In this document: positions 9,527-19,692 of the stretch, in pieces | Position numbering within the stretch: position 1 is the first letter of the stretch | Layout: every line of letters begins with the position of its first letter | Source: an uncultured Candidatus Saccharibacteria bacterium | Lineage (GTDB): Bacteria; Patescibacteriota; CAZHWT01 | Assembly (NCBI GenBank): GCA_964597145.1 | Contig: CAZQWH010000001.1 | Location: 166,441 to 230,440, forward strand | Direction: 5' to 3' | DNA length: 64,000 nucleotides | Translations under genes and position numbers: made by a program | Notes under the pieces: generated by a model | The model's database searches: none | Seen by the model: only the letters and a program-made list of their open reading frames with translations | What the model was told of the DNA's origin: nothing

Positions 9527-10613
9527 TTACATCACTCTCAATTACATCGTTGTTAGAAATAATGGTAGTAGGCCAGATCTTGCAGCCTGCAGCAATAACT
9601 ACGTCATCTCCAACTTGGGCATTATCCCCAATGGCTGTGCCAAAATAGGGTCGCTGGGTGTCAACCATTTGACCTTTAATAGCGGATTGTACTGTAGGGG
9701 AGGTAGTGGACGATGTAACTTTCAAACCCGATCCGAGTTCAACATTTTGACCTACAACCGAGTGGCTGAGTTGGCAATCTGGTCCAATAATTGCGCCACT
9801 GAAAATAGTGGAATCGGTAATAATGCTATTGTCGCCAATCGTTACGTTATCACCAATAACAGAGCTACCAGTAACAGAGACGTTTTCTCCAACATGAATA
9901 TTTTGGCCAAGAACCGGTTGACCGGTTAGTTTTTGATGGGCGCCAAGGATATGCCAAGGGTAGCCAATGGGTAGCCAGTAATCGACAACTTGAATGGTTT
10001 GAATGGGGTGAGTCTGAGCGAAGGCGGTAACGGTTTCGGTAAATTCGTATTCGCCCCGTGATGAAAGCTTAACCTGGTGATATAGATTAAAAATTTCGGT
10101 TGAAAGGAGGGCGGCGCCAGTGTAAGCTAGGTTGCCCATAAATTGAGCTGGTTTTTCAACGAGTTGAATGAGTCGGCCTTGTTGGTCGGCATTAAGGATG
10201 CCCCACTTTTCGGGATCGGTGACAGGTTGGCCAAGAACAGCAAACTCGTGTTGCAACAGTTGCTCAATGTCTTTAGGGCTATACAGGTCATCGCCATTCA
10301 GGCAGAGTAGTCGATGCTCGCCAGAGATAGAATGAGCTGCCGCCTGGTAGGCATTAGCTGTGCCGAGTGGTTGTTCTTGGACGGCAGTTGTAACTGGTAT
10401 AGGCCAATCATGATTATGGATATAGGTTGAGATTTGGTGGCCAAAATCGTTGGGTCCAATCACGACTATTACTTCGTCAACATAGGGCGCTACTGCTGAC
10501 ATATGATAATCTAAGAGTGGTTTATTTACGATAGGGATAAGAACTTTGGGGCGGGTGAGGCCAAGGGGGGCAAGTCGGGCACCGCCACCAGCTGCTAATA
10601 TAATTGCTTTCAT
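9519..10613 (-). CDS. Sugar-phosphate nucleotidyltransferase with hexapeptide (LbH) tail, GlmU-like
   Basis: MKAIILAAG.G.RL.PL..TRPK, Q.PLGTA, VEKP, SRGEYE, IGYPW. Confidence 0.9.
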   Translation of the reverse strand: MKAIILAAGGGARLAPLGLTRPKVLIPIVNKPLLDYHMSAVAPYVDEVIVVIGPNDFGHQISTYIHNHDWPIPVTTAVQEQPLGTANAYQAAAHSISGEHRLLCLNGDDLYSPKDIEQLLQHEFAVLGQPVTDPEKWGILNADQQGRLIQLVEKPAQFMGNLAYTGAALLSTEIFNLYHQVKLSSRGEYEFTETVTAFAQTHPIQTIQVVDYWLPIGYPWHILGAHQKLTGQPVLGQNIHVGENVSVTGSSVIGDNVTIGDNSIITDSTIFSGAIIGPDCQLSHSVVGQNVELGSGLKVTSSTTSPTVQSAIKGQMVDTQRPYFGTAIGDNAQVGDDVVIAAGCKIWPTTIISNNDVIESDVTS

Positions 10614-10653
10614 AATACGATCTTAAGCTGCGCGCCACCTAGGAGTATCTTCA

Positions 10654-10842
10654 TTATTTTTCGTCACGAATCGTCAAACTTTGACTCTCTTCGTTATATT
10701 CAATAACTATCCTTTGCCCATCACGCCAACCCAACTGGCGAATGTAGCCGATGGGCAACGTTACAAAGTAAGAGGGGTTTTGGCTAGAGCCAGTTTGGCC
10801 GAGCTTACGGATATTTTCTTGACCAGATACACGACGAGACAT
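10654..10842 (-). CDS. Small AbrB/MazE/SpoVT-family DNA-binding protein (no adjacent toxin)
   Basis: NIRKL...S..VTLP.GYIRQLGWRDGQRIVI swapped-hairpin pattern; AGGAG RBS. Confidence 0.75.
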   Translation of the reverse strand: MSRRVSGQENIRKLGQTGSSQNPSYFVTLPIGYIRQLGWRDGQRIVIEYNEESQSLTIRDEK

Positions 10843-10857
10843 ACATGCTCCTTTAAT

Positions 10858-10885
10858 TTAATTATATAATAAAGTATATAAGTAA
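10858..10885. promoter_or_regulatory. Degenerate copy of the ATTATATAAT-NN-ATTATATAAT element over the AbrB-like gene promoter
   Basis: TTAATTATATAAT-AA-AGTATATAAGTAA just upstream of the RBS. Confidence 0.65.
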
Positions 10886-10961
10886 AGTAGGTTCGCGGCA
10901 AGGGAGGTAAGAATGAAGTGGGCCAATAGCAGATCGCTAATGACCCACCTGTGCTATCTAC

Positions 10962-11594
10962 CTATCTGGCTCGAACAAAGAATGAGTGCCACTTAGTTCG
11001 AAGGCTGCGAGGTTGATAGACATAGTCAACCAGTTCAAAGCCAGATACTTCCAAAACCGGCTCAAACTCTTCGCGCGTCCAGTAAGTAAAATGACGGTAC
11101 ATTTCTTGATCATCAATGGTCTCAACCTCAATCGTTTCACCCCGACCGTCTTTGAGCGAGATAAAACCAATCCCGCCAGGCCGTTGAGTATGTCGAATCT
11201 GCTTCAGTGCTTGATAGATTCGCAGCCGTGGAATATGAAGCAGCACCGCCGATGCCCAAAACCCGTCAAATGAATTATCAAAGCTGAGGTCATAGACGCT
11301 CTGCTCAATGAAAGTGTGGCCAGGCAGAGCTTGGCGAGCTATCTCGAGCAAACCTGAAGAAATGTCAGTGCCAACATAGTGGTAGCCAAGCGCGATAAGC
11401 TCCTTAGCATCGCGGCCTCCGCCCGAACCAATTTCGAGAATTCGACCCTGAGGCAGGAGTTGGTGGAACAAATCCATTTCCAGCTCCCAATAACCCGGCT
11501 CACCATGCTCGGCAGACCACTGGTGAGCGGCCCGATCGTAGTAACCAAGTGTCAGCTCCTCCTCGGGCAGTAACGGCAGGTGATGGTTGGCCAT
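10962..11594 (-). CDS. Class I SAM-dependent methyltransferase
   Basis: ILEIGSGGGRD, GTDIS, FDGFWASAVLLH. Confidence 0.9.
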   Translation of the reverse strand: MANHHLPLLPEEELTLGYYDRAAHQWSAEHGEPGYWELEMDLFHQLLPQGRILEIGSGGGRDAKELIALGYHYVGTDISSGLLEIARQALPGHTFIEQSVYDLSFDNSFDGFWASAVLLHIPRLRIYQALKQIRHTQRPGGIGFISLKDGRGETIEVETIDDQEMYRHFTYWTREEFEPVLEVSGFELVDYVYQPRSLRTKWHSFFVRAR

Positions 11595-11762
11595 TGTATT
11601 CTCTCCTGATGAAAGGCCATAGATCAACTGCTGTGCTTATACCGAAAGTACCTGAGGTTGTCAAATGTAATAAAGACCCCATCTACTTATTGGGCTAACA
11701 ATACCCACCAGTAATATCTTCAAATTTAAATCCCCTCCTCAACCAATGTATGATAAGTTTAA

Positions 11763-11823
11763 CTGAGATAATATACATGAATTATATAATTAATTATATA
11801 ATTAAAATAGAGACGTAAGTATC
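11763..11823 (+). repeat. Dispersed AT-rich palindromic element, copy 1
   Basis: CTGAGATA at 11763; ATTATATAAT-TA-ATTATATAATTAA at 11781-11805; AAGTATC at 11817. Confidence 0.9.
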
Positions 11824-12136
11824 GCTCATTAATCGGATAAACGACAAATGTCAATCATATACTAATGTAATAGTATTGCCTATCAACTGGAGTAAGGAGA
11901 GGCAGAATTAATAAACCTCAATCGAGGACGAAACTTGTTTTTGCTGCCAATGGCATAAGGCTGCCCCAAACAGATGTCTCCGAGGGTAATCTGGGAGAGA
12001 GAGTAGGTAAAAGCCAAAGAAAAAGCACCTTGGGGTGTAATAGCTAGATAGGTGCTTTTTCATTCTAGGGCAATTTTCCTAGAACATATGTGCCCTTCTT
12101 TCTGCACCTTACAGTGCTTCGCAATGACTGGTAACG

Positions 12137-12859
12137 TCATGCCTCAGAGGATGATTGGTAAAGTTCGGCCCGTTTACCTCGAGATTTATTGAATAACTCG
12201 ATCCAGCGCTGCGGTGACCATCCTTTGGGTATCCAATGCACCCACAAGCCACCACAAATTTGTTGTCCTCGACCGTATGGCCACTTTGATTGATATGGTG
12301 CCCATCCACTAACGTGATCCTCGACGAAGATTTCATCAAACATGATCGATCCATCTGCCTCATAAATGACCAGGCGATCACCACCATGAATGATGCGGAG
12401 CGAGTCATACCCGTCCAAACCATCAACTTCGATAGACCAATAGGCCCCCTCAGTGCCCGTTTCGAAAAAAGCTTCGAGTTTGCCGACTGCGGCGGTGGTG
12501 TTGGCTAGCCGTTCTCTTCGTTGAGCAATAAATCCCCGATCCTCATCGGTTAGTGATTGCTGTTGAAGATAGTTAGGAGTGATGGGGGTTTTCTGGCGCT
12601 CTACATCCCATCGCTCCGCCGCTTCCTGACATATGACTGCAAATTGGACAACAGCTTGAATTGCTGTGTCAATTTTGTCTTGATCAGAAGTAAAAGCGAT
12701 ACTTTTGTCGATTTGCTCGTAGCAGTCAGAGAGTTTCTGGTACGTCTTTTTATAAAGGTCGTACAGTTCTTGCTGGACAATCAGATCATAGCGAAACAAC
12801 AAGGTGTTGAGGTTATCCCAGGCAACATCGAATTCTCGACTCTTGGTTTGGTCGCTCAT
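12137..12859 (-). CDS. Hypothetical protein
   Basis: 240-aa ORF with GAGGAG RBS; no recognised motif. Confidence 0.7.
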   Translation of the reverse strand: MSDQTKSREFDVAWDNLNTLLFRYDLIVQQELYDLYKKTYQKLSDCYEQIDKSIAFTSDQDKIDTAIQAVVQFAVICQEAAERWDVERQKTPITPNYLQQQSLTDEDRGFIAQRRERLANTTAAVGKLEAFFETGTEGAYWSIEVDGLDGYDSLRIIHGGDRLVIYEADGSIMFDEIFVEDHVSGWAPYQSKWPYGRGQQICGGLWVHWIPKGWSPQRWIELFNKSRGKRAELYQSSSEA

Positions 12860-12978
12860 GGTCTTCTCCTCTGTGAATTGAGCAACGCTATAGAACAGCA
12901 GGATTGTAGCACAAACTCCAGTTAATGTGTAGCTATAGGCTTATGTCTTAATTGTTTGTATTATGGATCAAATAGAAG

Positions 12979-13141
12979 CTGGTCGGGGTGAGAGTAACGT
13001 TCGCCCTGCTCTCGGCTCATAGCCTTCCACTATCAAATTCGTCGGTTCCATAGTTTCAGGCTATTAAATAAACCTCCGACCGACCAATGGAAGTAATTTC
13101 CCATACTGGCGCCCCGCGCCACCTAGGTTTAGTGTAATTTA
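12979..13141 (-). repeat. Degenerate duplicate of tRNA-Pro with an insert in the T-arm
   Basis: CTGGTCGGGGTGAGAG at 12979-12994 is identical to 13142-13157; AACCTCCGACC and CCCATACTGGCGC blocks follow in tRNA order. Confidence 0.8.
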
Positions 13142-13142
13142 C

Positions 13143-13219
13143 TGGTCGGGGTGAGAGGACTTGAACCTCCGACCTCCAGTACCCCATACTGGCGCGCTAG
13201 CCAACTGCGCCACACCCCG
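13143..13219 (-). tRNA. tRNA-Pro(GGG)
   Basis: Reverse complement CGGGGTG...CCAGT-ATGGGGT-ACTGG...GGTTCAAGTCC...CACCCCG-A-CCA forms a cloverleaf. Confidence 0.96.
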
Positions 13220-13468
13220 AAAACAAAGTTAAAAGTTAAAAGGCAAAAGGCAAAAGTGATTGACATGTAACATTTTAACTCTGGGATTATATCAGGTATA
13301 AAGCTAAAATTCTAACTCCGAACTCCTATCTCCGTACTTCCGGAACTGCTTGGCCGTTGACGTTTCGGGTTATGTTGGGGTATAGTTCTTATACTCCTTG
13401 CTACACTGTTGGCATGAGGTGTTTTATACTAGTATGGTTAGGTTTGAATAGTACGAAAGGATAATGTT

Positions 13469-14530
13469 ATGGCAACAGCCGCAGATCAAAATAAATCTCA
13501 AGCCATCAAATTGGCTATGGAGCAAATCGAAAAGCAATTTGGCAAGGGCTCTATCATGAAGCTCGGCGATAAGCAGGGCAGCATGAATGTGGAATGTACC
13601 GCGTCTGGGTCTATTGCTCTCGATATGGCGCTCGGTGGTGGTTATCCAAAAGGCCGTATTATTGAAATATACGGACCGGAGTCGTCCGGCAAAACTACGC
13701 TAACCTTGCATGCGGTAGCCGAAGTCCAAAAAGCAGGTGGCACAGCCGCGTTCGTCGACGCCGAACATGCTTTAGATCCGGTCTATGCCAAGCGTATCGG
13801 TGTTGATGTTGAAGCATTACTCGTCTCGCAGCCAGATAATGGTGAACAGGCACTAGAGATTACCGAAACTCTAATTCGATCCGGAGCAGTCGATATGATC
13901 GTGGTTGACTCCGTGGCCGCCCTAACTCCTCGTGCCGAGATTGAAGGAGATATGGGTGATGCCCAAATGGGCTTGCAGGCTCGATTAATGAGTCAAGCTT
14001 TACGTAAATTGACTGGTGCTATTTCTCGATCTAATTCCACCGTTATTTTCACTAATCAGCTTCGAGAAAAGATTGGCGTAATGTTTGGCAACCCCGAAAC
14101 CACGACCGGTGGTAAAGCCTTAAAGTTCTATGCTTCAATTCGGCTAGAAGTTCGCCGAACCGGTCAAATTAAAGATGCCGATAACGTCACTGGTAGCCAG
14201 ACCAAGGTTAAAGTAGTCAAGAATAAGATTGCTCCACCATTCCGTACCGCCGAGTTCGATATTATGTATAACGAAGGCATCTCTAAATCAGGCAGCACCT
14301 TAGATGTAGCTGTAGAAATGGGAATAATCCAGAAAGCTGGAGCTTGGTTTAGCTATAACGATGAAAAAATTTCTCAGGGACGTGAAGCCGCTAAGAAATA
14401 TCTCCAAGAAAATCCAAAAGTAATGGAAGAGGTTAACAAGAAAATTAGAGCCTCAAAAGTCGAAATCCCATTCGAAATTGGCCGTGACTCCGAAGCTGAG
14501 GATGACGCAATAGATGGCGCCAGCCAGTAA
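13469..14530 (+). CDS. recA: Recombinase A
   Basis: [36 protein letters not shown]. Confidence 0.99.
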   Translation: MATAADQNKSQAIKLAMEQIEKQFGKGSIMKLGDKQGSMNVECTASGSIALDMALGGGYPKGRIIEIYGPESSGKTTLTLHAVAEVQKAGGTAAFVDAEHALDPVYAKRIGVDVEALLVSQPDNGEQALEITETLIRSGAVDMIVVDSVAALTPRAEIEGDMGDAQMGLQARLMSQALRKLTGAISRSNSTVIFTNQLREKIGVMFGNPETTTGGKALKFYASIRLEVRRTGQIKDADNVTGSQTKVKVVKNKIAPPFRTAEFDIMYNEGISKSGSTLDVAVEMGIIQKAGAWFSYNDEKISQGREAAKKYLQENPKVMEEVNKKIRASKVEIPFEIGRDSEAEDDAIDGASQ

Positions 14531-14562
14531 TTGCTACCGGGCCTCTATAAAGTGAGAAATGT

Positions 14563-14594
14563 CAAAAGACCTGAATAAAAATTCAGGTCTTTTG
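14563..14594. terminator. Bidirectional terminator after recA
   Basis: CAAAAGACCTGAAT-AAAA-ATTCAGGTCTTTTG perfect hairpin between convergent genes. Confidence 0.8.
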
Positions 14595-14620
14595 GGTGTA
14601 TAAATAATCCTGCTCTCCGT

Positions 14621-15229
14621 TTAACTTTGTAGCGACTCATCCACTTCGCGTTTTAGCTCAAGCATAAAGTCTTGCATAAATTTATATCGCTGAAGGGCTA
14701 TTTGCCTAGCTGAGTCTGTGTATAACATTTCAAACCATTCTAATTGAAAGGCAACCTGCTCGCTAATAGTCGCCGCAGTGCGCGAGCCCTGGCTTACTAT
14801 CACGCCTTCTGGATAGTCAGGCAAATGGCTTTTAGAAGTATAGGCCCGGATTAAACCAATCGCGCCTAAGCCGTCAATTTTATCTGCATCTTGCAAAATA
14901 TGTGCCAGCGCTCCATCGGATTCCTTAGCACTATGTTGCTCAATGGCAGCTATAATGCGATCTTTGGCTTCCGTTGTAAAATGAGACAAGTCATCGAGTA
15001 ACTCTTTAGCTAATTCTACTCCAGCCTGGTCATGACCCTGCTCCTCTTGCTGCAGTATACGTCCTAAATCATGTAACAGCCCAGCAGCCTCAGCCTCTTC
15101 AGCGCTCACACCTTCAGACTGAGCAATTAATTTAGCCAATCCAGCTACCCGCAGCACATGTTTAATATCGTGGGCCGGAATATAGTGGTCGGCAAATAAC
15201 GCTTTAACTTTAGCCTGTAATTGTTCCAT
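14621..15229 (-). CDS. HD-domain phosphohydrolase
   Basis: AHD..HVLRV, LLHDLG, LQDADK.DGLGAIG. Confidence 0.88.
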   Translation of the reverse strand: MEQLQAKVKALFADHYIPAHDIKHVLRVAGLAKLIAQSEGVSAEEAEAAGLLHDLGRILQQEEQGHDQAGVELAKELLDDLSHFTTEAKDRIIAAIEQHSAKESDGALAHILQDADKIDGLGAIGLIRAYTSKSHLPDYPEGVIVSQGSRTAATISEQVAFQLEWFEMLYTDSARQIALQRYKFMQDFMLELKREVDESLQS

Positions 15230-15297
15230 CAATAAAAACTATAACACATAGTAAATTGAAATCAATTCGGGTTGCGAAGTGTGGCATAATAAACACT

Positions 15298-16365
15298 ATG
15301 AATCCAACCACACCCCAAGAAGCAGCACGTTTAAGTAATAATCCGCACCTAAATACAGCCTTATCTTTAACCAAGCGCTATATACGCCAACTATGGTTGG
15401 CGTTAGTTAGGTTGTGGAAGTGGGCAGCGTATGCTATTGGGTCGGTAGTGCTAGCTATAGTCGCACTCATTGTAGTGGTCAGCTTGGCCAGCGACGGTGG
15501 CAGCGGAATGACCACGGCTAATGAACAATATATCTCCGGTTCAGGTGCTAATAAAATTGCCGTGGTACCAATTGAGGGCATAATTGGCCAAACTAGTCCA
15601 TCGGTTTTTGGTGGTGGGGTAGGTCTATCGGCCGATCTGATTCGAACCGATCTTAACCAGGCTCAAAACGATCCCACCGTTAAAGCTATTATCTTAAGCA
15701 TAAATAGCCCGGGTGGTTCAGCCGTTGTCTCAGATCAGATCTATCAACACATTACCCAATTCAAGCATAGCTCCAACAAGCCGGTAATTGCCAGCCTTGG
15801 CGATACTGCTGCATCTGGCGGATACTATATTGCCGCAGCTGCCGACAAAATTGTGGCTAATCCTGCCAGCTTAACTGGCTCGATCGGGGTAATTATGGAG
15901 TTCTATGATGCTTCTGGATTATTACGCAATATTGGGGTTAGCCCTGAGGTAGTTAAAAGTGGCACCTACAAAGATATGGGCTCATTTACTCGGCCAGCAA
16001 CGGATGAAGAGCGGGCTATTTTGCAGAGCGTGGTAGATGAGGCGTATGGACAATTCGTCGATCGAGTGGCAGAAGGACGAAATATGGAGCGAGAGACGGT
16101 TATGGCCCTAGCTGATGGTCGAATTTATACTGGCTCGCAGGCCAAAGACAAGGGGTTGGTCGATGAGCTAGGCAATCTAAATGTAGCCGTCGACTTAGCC
16201 AAAGACTTTGCCGGCATCAATCAGGCTTCAGTCGTAAAATACACTCATGGCGGCTGGTGGGACTCAGTCTTAAGTGTTACTCAGTCGCTGCAGCCATTAT
16301 CTGCGTTAAACAAGCTAGCATCCACCCCTACAGTAGGTGGACTACAATATCGCTGGGCACCGTAA
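15298..16365 (+). CDS. sppA: Signal peptide peptidase SppA (S49)
   Basis: INSPGGS, AASGGYYIA, TGSIGV, KSG.YKD, DGRIYTG.QA..GLVD. Confidence 0.93.
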   Translation: MNPTTPQEAARLSNNPHLNTALSLTKRYIRQLWLALVRLWKWAAYAIGSVVLAIVALIVVVSLASDGGSGMTTANEQYISGSGANKIAVVPIEGIIGQTSPSVFGGGVGLSADLIRTDLNQAQNDPTVKAIILSINSPGGSAVVSDQIYQHITQFKHSSNKPVIASLGDTAASGGYYIAAAADKIVANPASLTGSIGVIMEFYDASGLLRNIGVSPEVVKSGTYKDMGSFTRPATDEERAILQSVVDEAYGQFVDRVAEGRNMERETVMALADGRIYTGSQAKDKGLVDELGNLNVAVDLAKDFAGINQASVVKYTHGGWWDSVLSVTQSLQPLSALNKLASTPTVGGLQYRWAP

Positions 16366-16467
16366 CCAAGCCCTTGAAATCGAAATTTAGAAAATAGAAA
16401 CTAAAATGAGTAGAAATGTATCGAGGTGGTTGCGTATAACACGCAACCACCTCTCGTAGTTATCTAC

Positions 16468-16743
16468 CTAGTAGTTGGCAAGAAGGCGCTGCCTCTTGCC
16501 TTCGGCCTGCTGTTTGCGCCGGCGAGACCGCAGGCGCGATGAACGCTGCCGACTGTTGGGTTGGAGGTACCAACCCTTATAGTATCCTTCCTTGTTGGGC
16601 CGGACTCGGCCGAACATCAGAAGTTCTGCACCCTCCTCCCCCAAGTCTCGCACAGCAGAGTCAATGTTAATTTTCAGCATCTTGTCGTAAGGTCGCATAC
16701 TGTTCGTCTGCTCCTCTTGGCTAAGACCTTCACCCAAAGACAT
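16468..16743 (-). CDS. Small hypothetical protein with basic tail
   Basis: 91-aa ORF followed by a strong hairpin at 16423-16453. Confidence 0.45.
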   Translation of the reverse strand: MSLGEGLSQEEQTNSMRPYDKMLKINIDSAVRDLGEEGAELLMFGRVRPNKEGYYKGWYLQPNSRQRSSRLRSRRRKQQAEGKRQRLLANY

Positions 16744-16994
16744 TCATATAATAATAACCTATAGTACAAGAAATGTCAAGCATGACAAAGAACTCCTAAA
16801 TCAGTATCCAAGGAAGTGCTAGGTGGTCTGTAGCCCAATGGTAATCTAGTCCGCAAGTCCAGAGTTCCTGCGCTGCCAATAAACTCATACTAGTGTGTAT
16901 TGAGTTTAGGTATAAGCCCCTGCTCCCTGAGCGGTGAGCAGATTTACCGATAGTCTCTCTTGAGGCTATCGGTAAAAGAATCGGTGGGCATAAC

Positions 16995-17570
16995 CTAGCT
17001 TCGGATAGTTTTCAGTGCAGTCGACCAGGCTACTACCTGATCAAGCATGGCGGTGATTGGTGCCCCCACCGATTCATCCTTAAGCTGGCCTTGCTCATCA
17101 AAGGCTGCCCAAACATTTGGAATATGAACCGCCGCTCGAACATCAGCCATTTGCAATTCAGCTGCGACACCTCGCAAATGCTCTACTGCCCGCGCTCCGC
17201 CCGCGATGCTACCGTATGAAATAAAGCCGAGCGCTTTGTTGTTCCACTGTTGATAGACATAATCAATGGCATTTTTCAGTGCACTTGGAACACCATGGTT
17301 ATATTCGGCAGTAATAAAGACAAATCCATCAGCCTCACCAATCTTTTTAGTCCAAGCCTGAACGGTGTCGATATCATAAGGTTTACCATCCATAACCGAC
17401 GGAGTTACAGCTTGGTCATAAAGCGGCATAGAGTAATCTTTTAAATCAACTAGTTCAAAATCAGCATCTTGACGCTGATCAATCTGCTTTGTAGCCCAGT
17501 TGGCCACGGTTTGGCCGCTGCGACCTTCGCGAATTGAACTTAATACAATAAGAATTTTGGGTTTAGACAT
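16995..17570 (-). CDS. NADPH-dependent FMN reductase
   Basis: SIREGR, ADGFVFITAEYNHG.P.ALKNAID, GGARAVEHLR. Confidence 0.93.
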   Translation of the reverse strand: MSKPKILIVLSSIREGRSGQTVANWATKQIDQRQDADFELVDLKDYSMPLYDQAVTPSVMDGKPYDIDTVQAWTKKIGEADGFVFITAEYNHGVPSALKNAIDYVYQQWNNKALGFISYGSIAGGARAVEHLRGVAAELQMADVRAAVHIPNVWAAFDEQGQLKDESVGAPITAMLDQVVAWSTALKTIRS

Positions 17571-17753
17571 GAAAAGTACCTCCCTTAAAAGGTTTGTAAT
17601 AAATTATTTTGTGGGCCAATAAGGTAAAAACCACACCTGGTTCGTTTATCAGGAGGGGTTAAGTCTACGCGATGAAGCGAAGTGGCTAGTTGCACCAACC
17701 AACCACAGCTGCATCAAAGCTGTATGGATGATACTAAGACATGCTATCGTTAA

Positions 17754-17772
17754 TACTTTACTAAGTAAAGTA
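17754..17772. promoter_or_regulatory. Probable HxlR-family operator between divergent genes
   Basis: Perfect palindrome TACTTTACT-A-AGTAAAGTA upstream of the TGATATAAT -10 element. Confidence 0.6.
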
Positions 17773-17805
17773 GTTACAATAAGTAAAGCATGATATAATC
17801 CCAAT

Positions 17806-18144
17806 ATGATAACAAAAACTGCTTCAACAATTGATGCATCACTTAACCCCGAAACCTGTGGGGTGACCAAAACCATTAAAGTGATTGGTGCTAAATGGAC
17901 AACCTTAATCTTGCGGGATTTATTTGAAGGCACTAAGCGCTTTGGGGAGTTGCAACGATCTTTATCGGGAATTAGCTCAAAAACACTGTCGGTTAGGCTA
18001 CAGGAATTAGAGGCAGATGGCATAATCCACAAGCAAGTCTTTGCCGAAGTTCCACCTCATGTTGAGTATTCTTTAACCGATAAAGGGCAATCGTTACGCC
18101 AAATAATAGATGATATGAGAGCTTGGGGCGAGCGGTCGGCTTAG
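17806..18144 (+). CDS. HxlR-family transcriptional regulator
   Basis: C.V..T...IG.KWT.LILRDL..G.KRFGEL, PPHVEYSLT.KG. Confidence 0.93.
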   Translation: MITKTASTIDASLNPETCGVTKTIKVIGAKWTTLILRDLFEGTKRFGELQRSLSGISSKTLSVRLQELEADGIIHKQVFAEVPPHVEYSLTDKGQSLRQIIDDMRAWGERSA

Positions 18145-18147
18145 AAC

Positions 18148-18615
18148 TTACTCAACAATCAAAGTGCCAGTCATGCCCATGTCTCGGTGCGGAATGCAAT
18201 AGAACTCAAAGTTGCCCGGTTCAGCAGCCACAAATTCAACAGTTTTCTGCTCACCAGCAGCTACATCCCCCGTATCGACATCAAATTCTGGCAAAGTAAA
18301 AGTGTGGGTGTCACCAACGCTAGAGAAAATGATTCGAACGACATCGCCACGGTTGACAGTAATGGTACGTGGCACAAAGGTCATATCCTCATTGGTTACT
18401 TCTATTTCCTTAACGATCCCCGAATCAGGTTGGTTGGCATCTTCAGACTCACTGCCCGATGGAGACGATTGTCGCTGGAGCTGAGTTGGAGTAGGGGTTG
18501 GGCTAGGAGTTTCAGTTCGATCATTTTGGTTAGCCGTGTACCAAATCCAACCAACCACAGCGGCAATAAGGACAATAATCACGATTGAGATAACTATTCG
18601 ACTGGTAGAATTCAT
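18148..18615 (-). CDS. Membrane-anchored cupredoxin-domain protein
   Basis: N-terminal TM, Pro/Thr linker, H..C..H...GM.G copper ligands (FYCIPHRDMGMTG). Confidence 0.85.
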   Translation of the reverse strand: MNSTSRIVISIVIIVLIAAVVGWIWYTANQNDRTETPSPTPTPTQLQRQSSPSGSESEDANQPDSGIVKEIEVTNEDMTFVPRTITVNRGDVVRIIFSSVGDTHTFTLPEFDVDTGDVAAGEQKTVEFVAAEPGNFEFYCIPHRDMGMTGTLIVE

Positions 18616-18726
18616 AGAGTATAGCTTAATACGATTGCCGCAGGTGAGGCAAGGAGCAAGCGAAATGAGGACTCTAAGTCATGCTTACTTGATTTCTATC
18701 GACAAAGAGAGTAAACTACCTGCTTC

Positions 18727-19656
18727 ATGCATAAAAAACCGGTGCTTATAACTGGATATGTCAACCCTGATTTAGATGCCTACGCTTGTGCGGTGGGGTA
18801 TGCCGAGCTATGGCAAAAAATGGGTCGAGAGGCAGTTGGCGGCTGTTATGGCGAACCACTCGATGAAGTGAAATACGTATTGAGCTTGGTGGGAGAATCA
18901 CAAGTCCTCGATTATGCTGTAGAAAATTATTCTGCCTATATTGTGGTAGATACCTCCGATCCCTACCATCTGCCAGCTGGTTTACCCACTAGTCAGGTAG
19001 AAGAAGTGGTCGACCACCACTTGTACAATGATCTAACGCTCTTTCCCAATGCTCGCCTAGATATTCAAGCAGTCGGAGCTGCCGCCACCTTGATTGTAGA
19101 GCGATTTCAAAATCATGGCCACCAGCCAAGCCGGTCCACAGCTGCACTATTATATGGCGCCATTATTTCAAATACCTTAAATTTTCAGGCTAAGGTTAGC
19201 ACAGAGCGGGATAGCAAGGCTGCCCAATGGTTGTTGCCCTTGGCTGAGTTACCCCAAGACTTTATTCACTCCTTGTTCACGGTCAAATCTAATGTGGCTG
19301 GGGATCGGTTATTAGAATTGCTGCGACTCGATATGAGCGGCAGTGAAACGGATGGCAAGATATATACCATTGGCCAATTAGAAATGGTTGGCGTGCCTGA
19401 ATTATTGAGCACCCGGGTGGCCGAATTACAGCAGTTTATGGCCGAGTTACACGATGCCCAGCATGCCTATGTCACTTTCTTATCGTTAAGTGATGTGGAA
19501 TTAGGGAAAACTTATTTTATAACACCTCTACCCGAAACGCGTCAGATCCTAGAATCTACTTTGCATATTCAATTTAAAAATGGAATAGGCGAATACCCAG
19601 AGCTGATATTGCGCAAGGAATACGTACCCATAGTCAAGCAATTCGCCACAACCTAA
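18727..19656 (+). CDS. DHH-family (Mn-dependent inorganic pyrophosphatase-like) phosphoesterase
   Basis: NPDLD, VVD, VDHH, AIISNTLNF, LRKE..P. Confidence 0.82.
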   Translation: MHKKPVLITGYVNPDLDAYACAVGYAELWQKMGREAVGGCYGEPLDEVKYVLSLVGESQVLDYAVENYSAYIVVDTSDPYHLPAGLPTSQVEEVVDHHLYNDLTLFPNARLDIQAVGAAATLIVERFQNHGHQPSRSTAALLYGAIISNTLNFQAKVSTERDSKAAQWLLPLAELPQDFIHSLFTVKSNVAGDRLLELLRLDMSGSETDGKIYTIGQLEMVGVPELLSTRVAELQQFMAELHDAQHAYVTFLSLSDVELGKTYFITPLPETRQILESTLHIQFKNGIGEYPELILRKEYVPIVKQFATT

Positions 19657-19692
19657 GTCAGTAGCTGGCAATCTAACCATTAGTTTAAAGAG

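Noticed and set aside
11905-11940. Hammerhead-like CCTC-AATC-GAGG-ACGAAAC
   Set aside because: No upstream CTGANGA core
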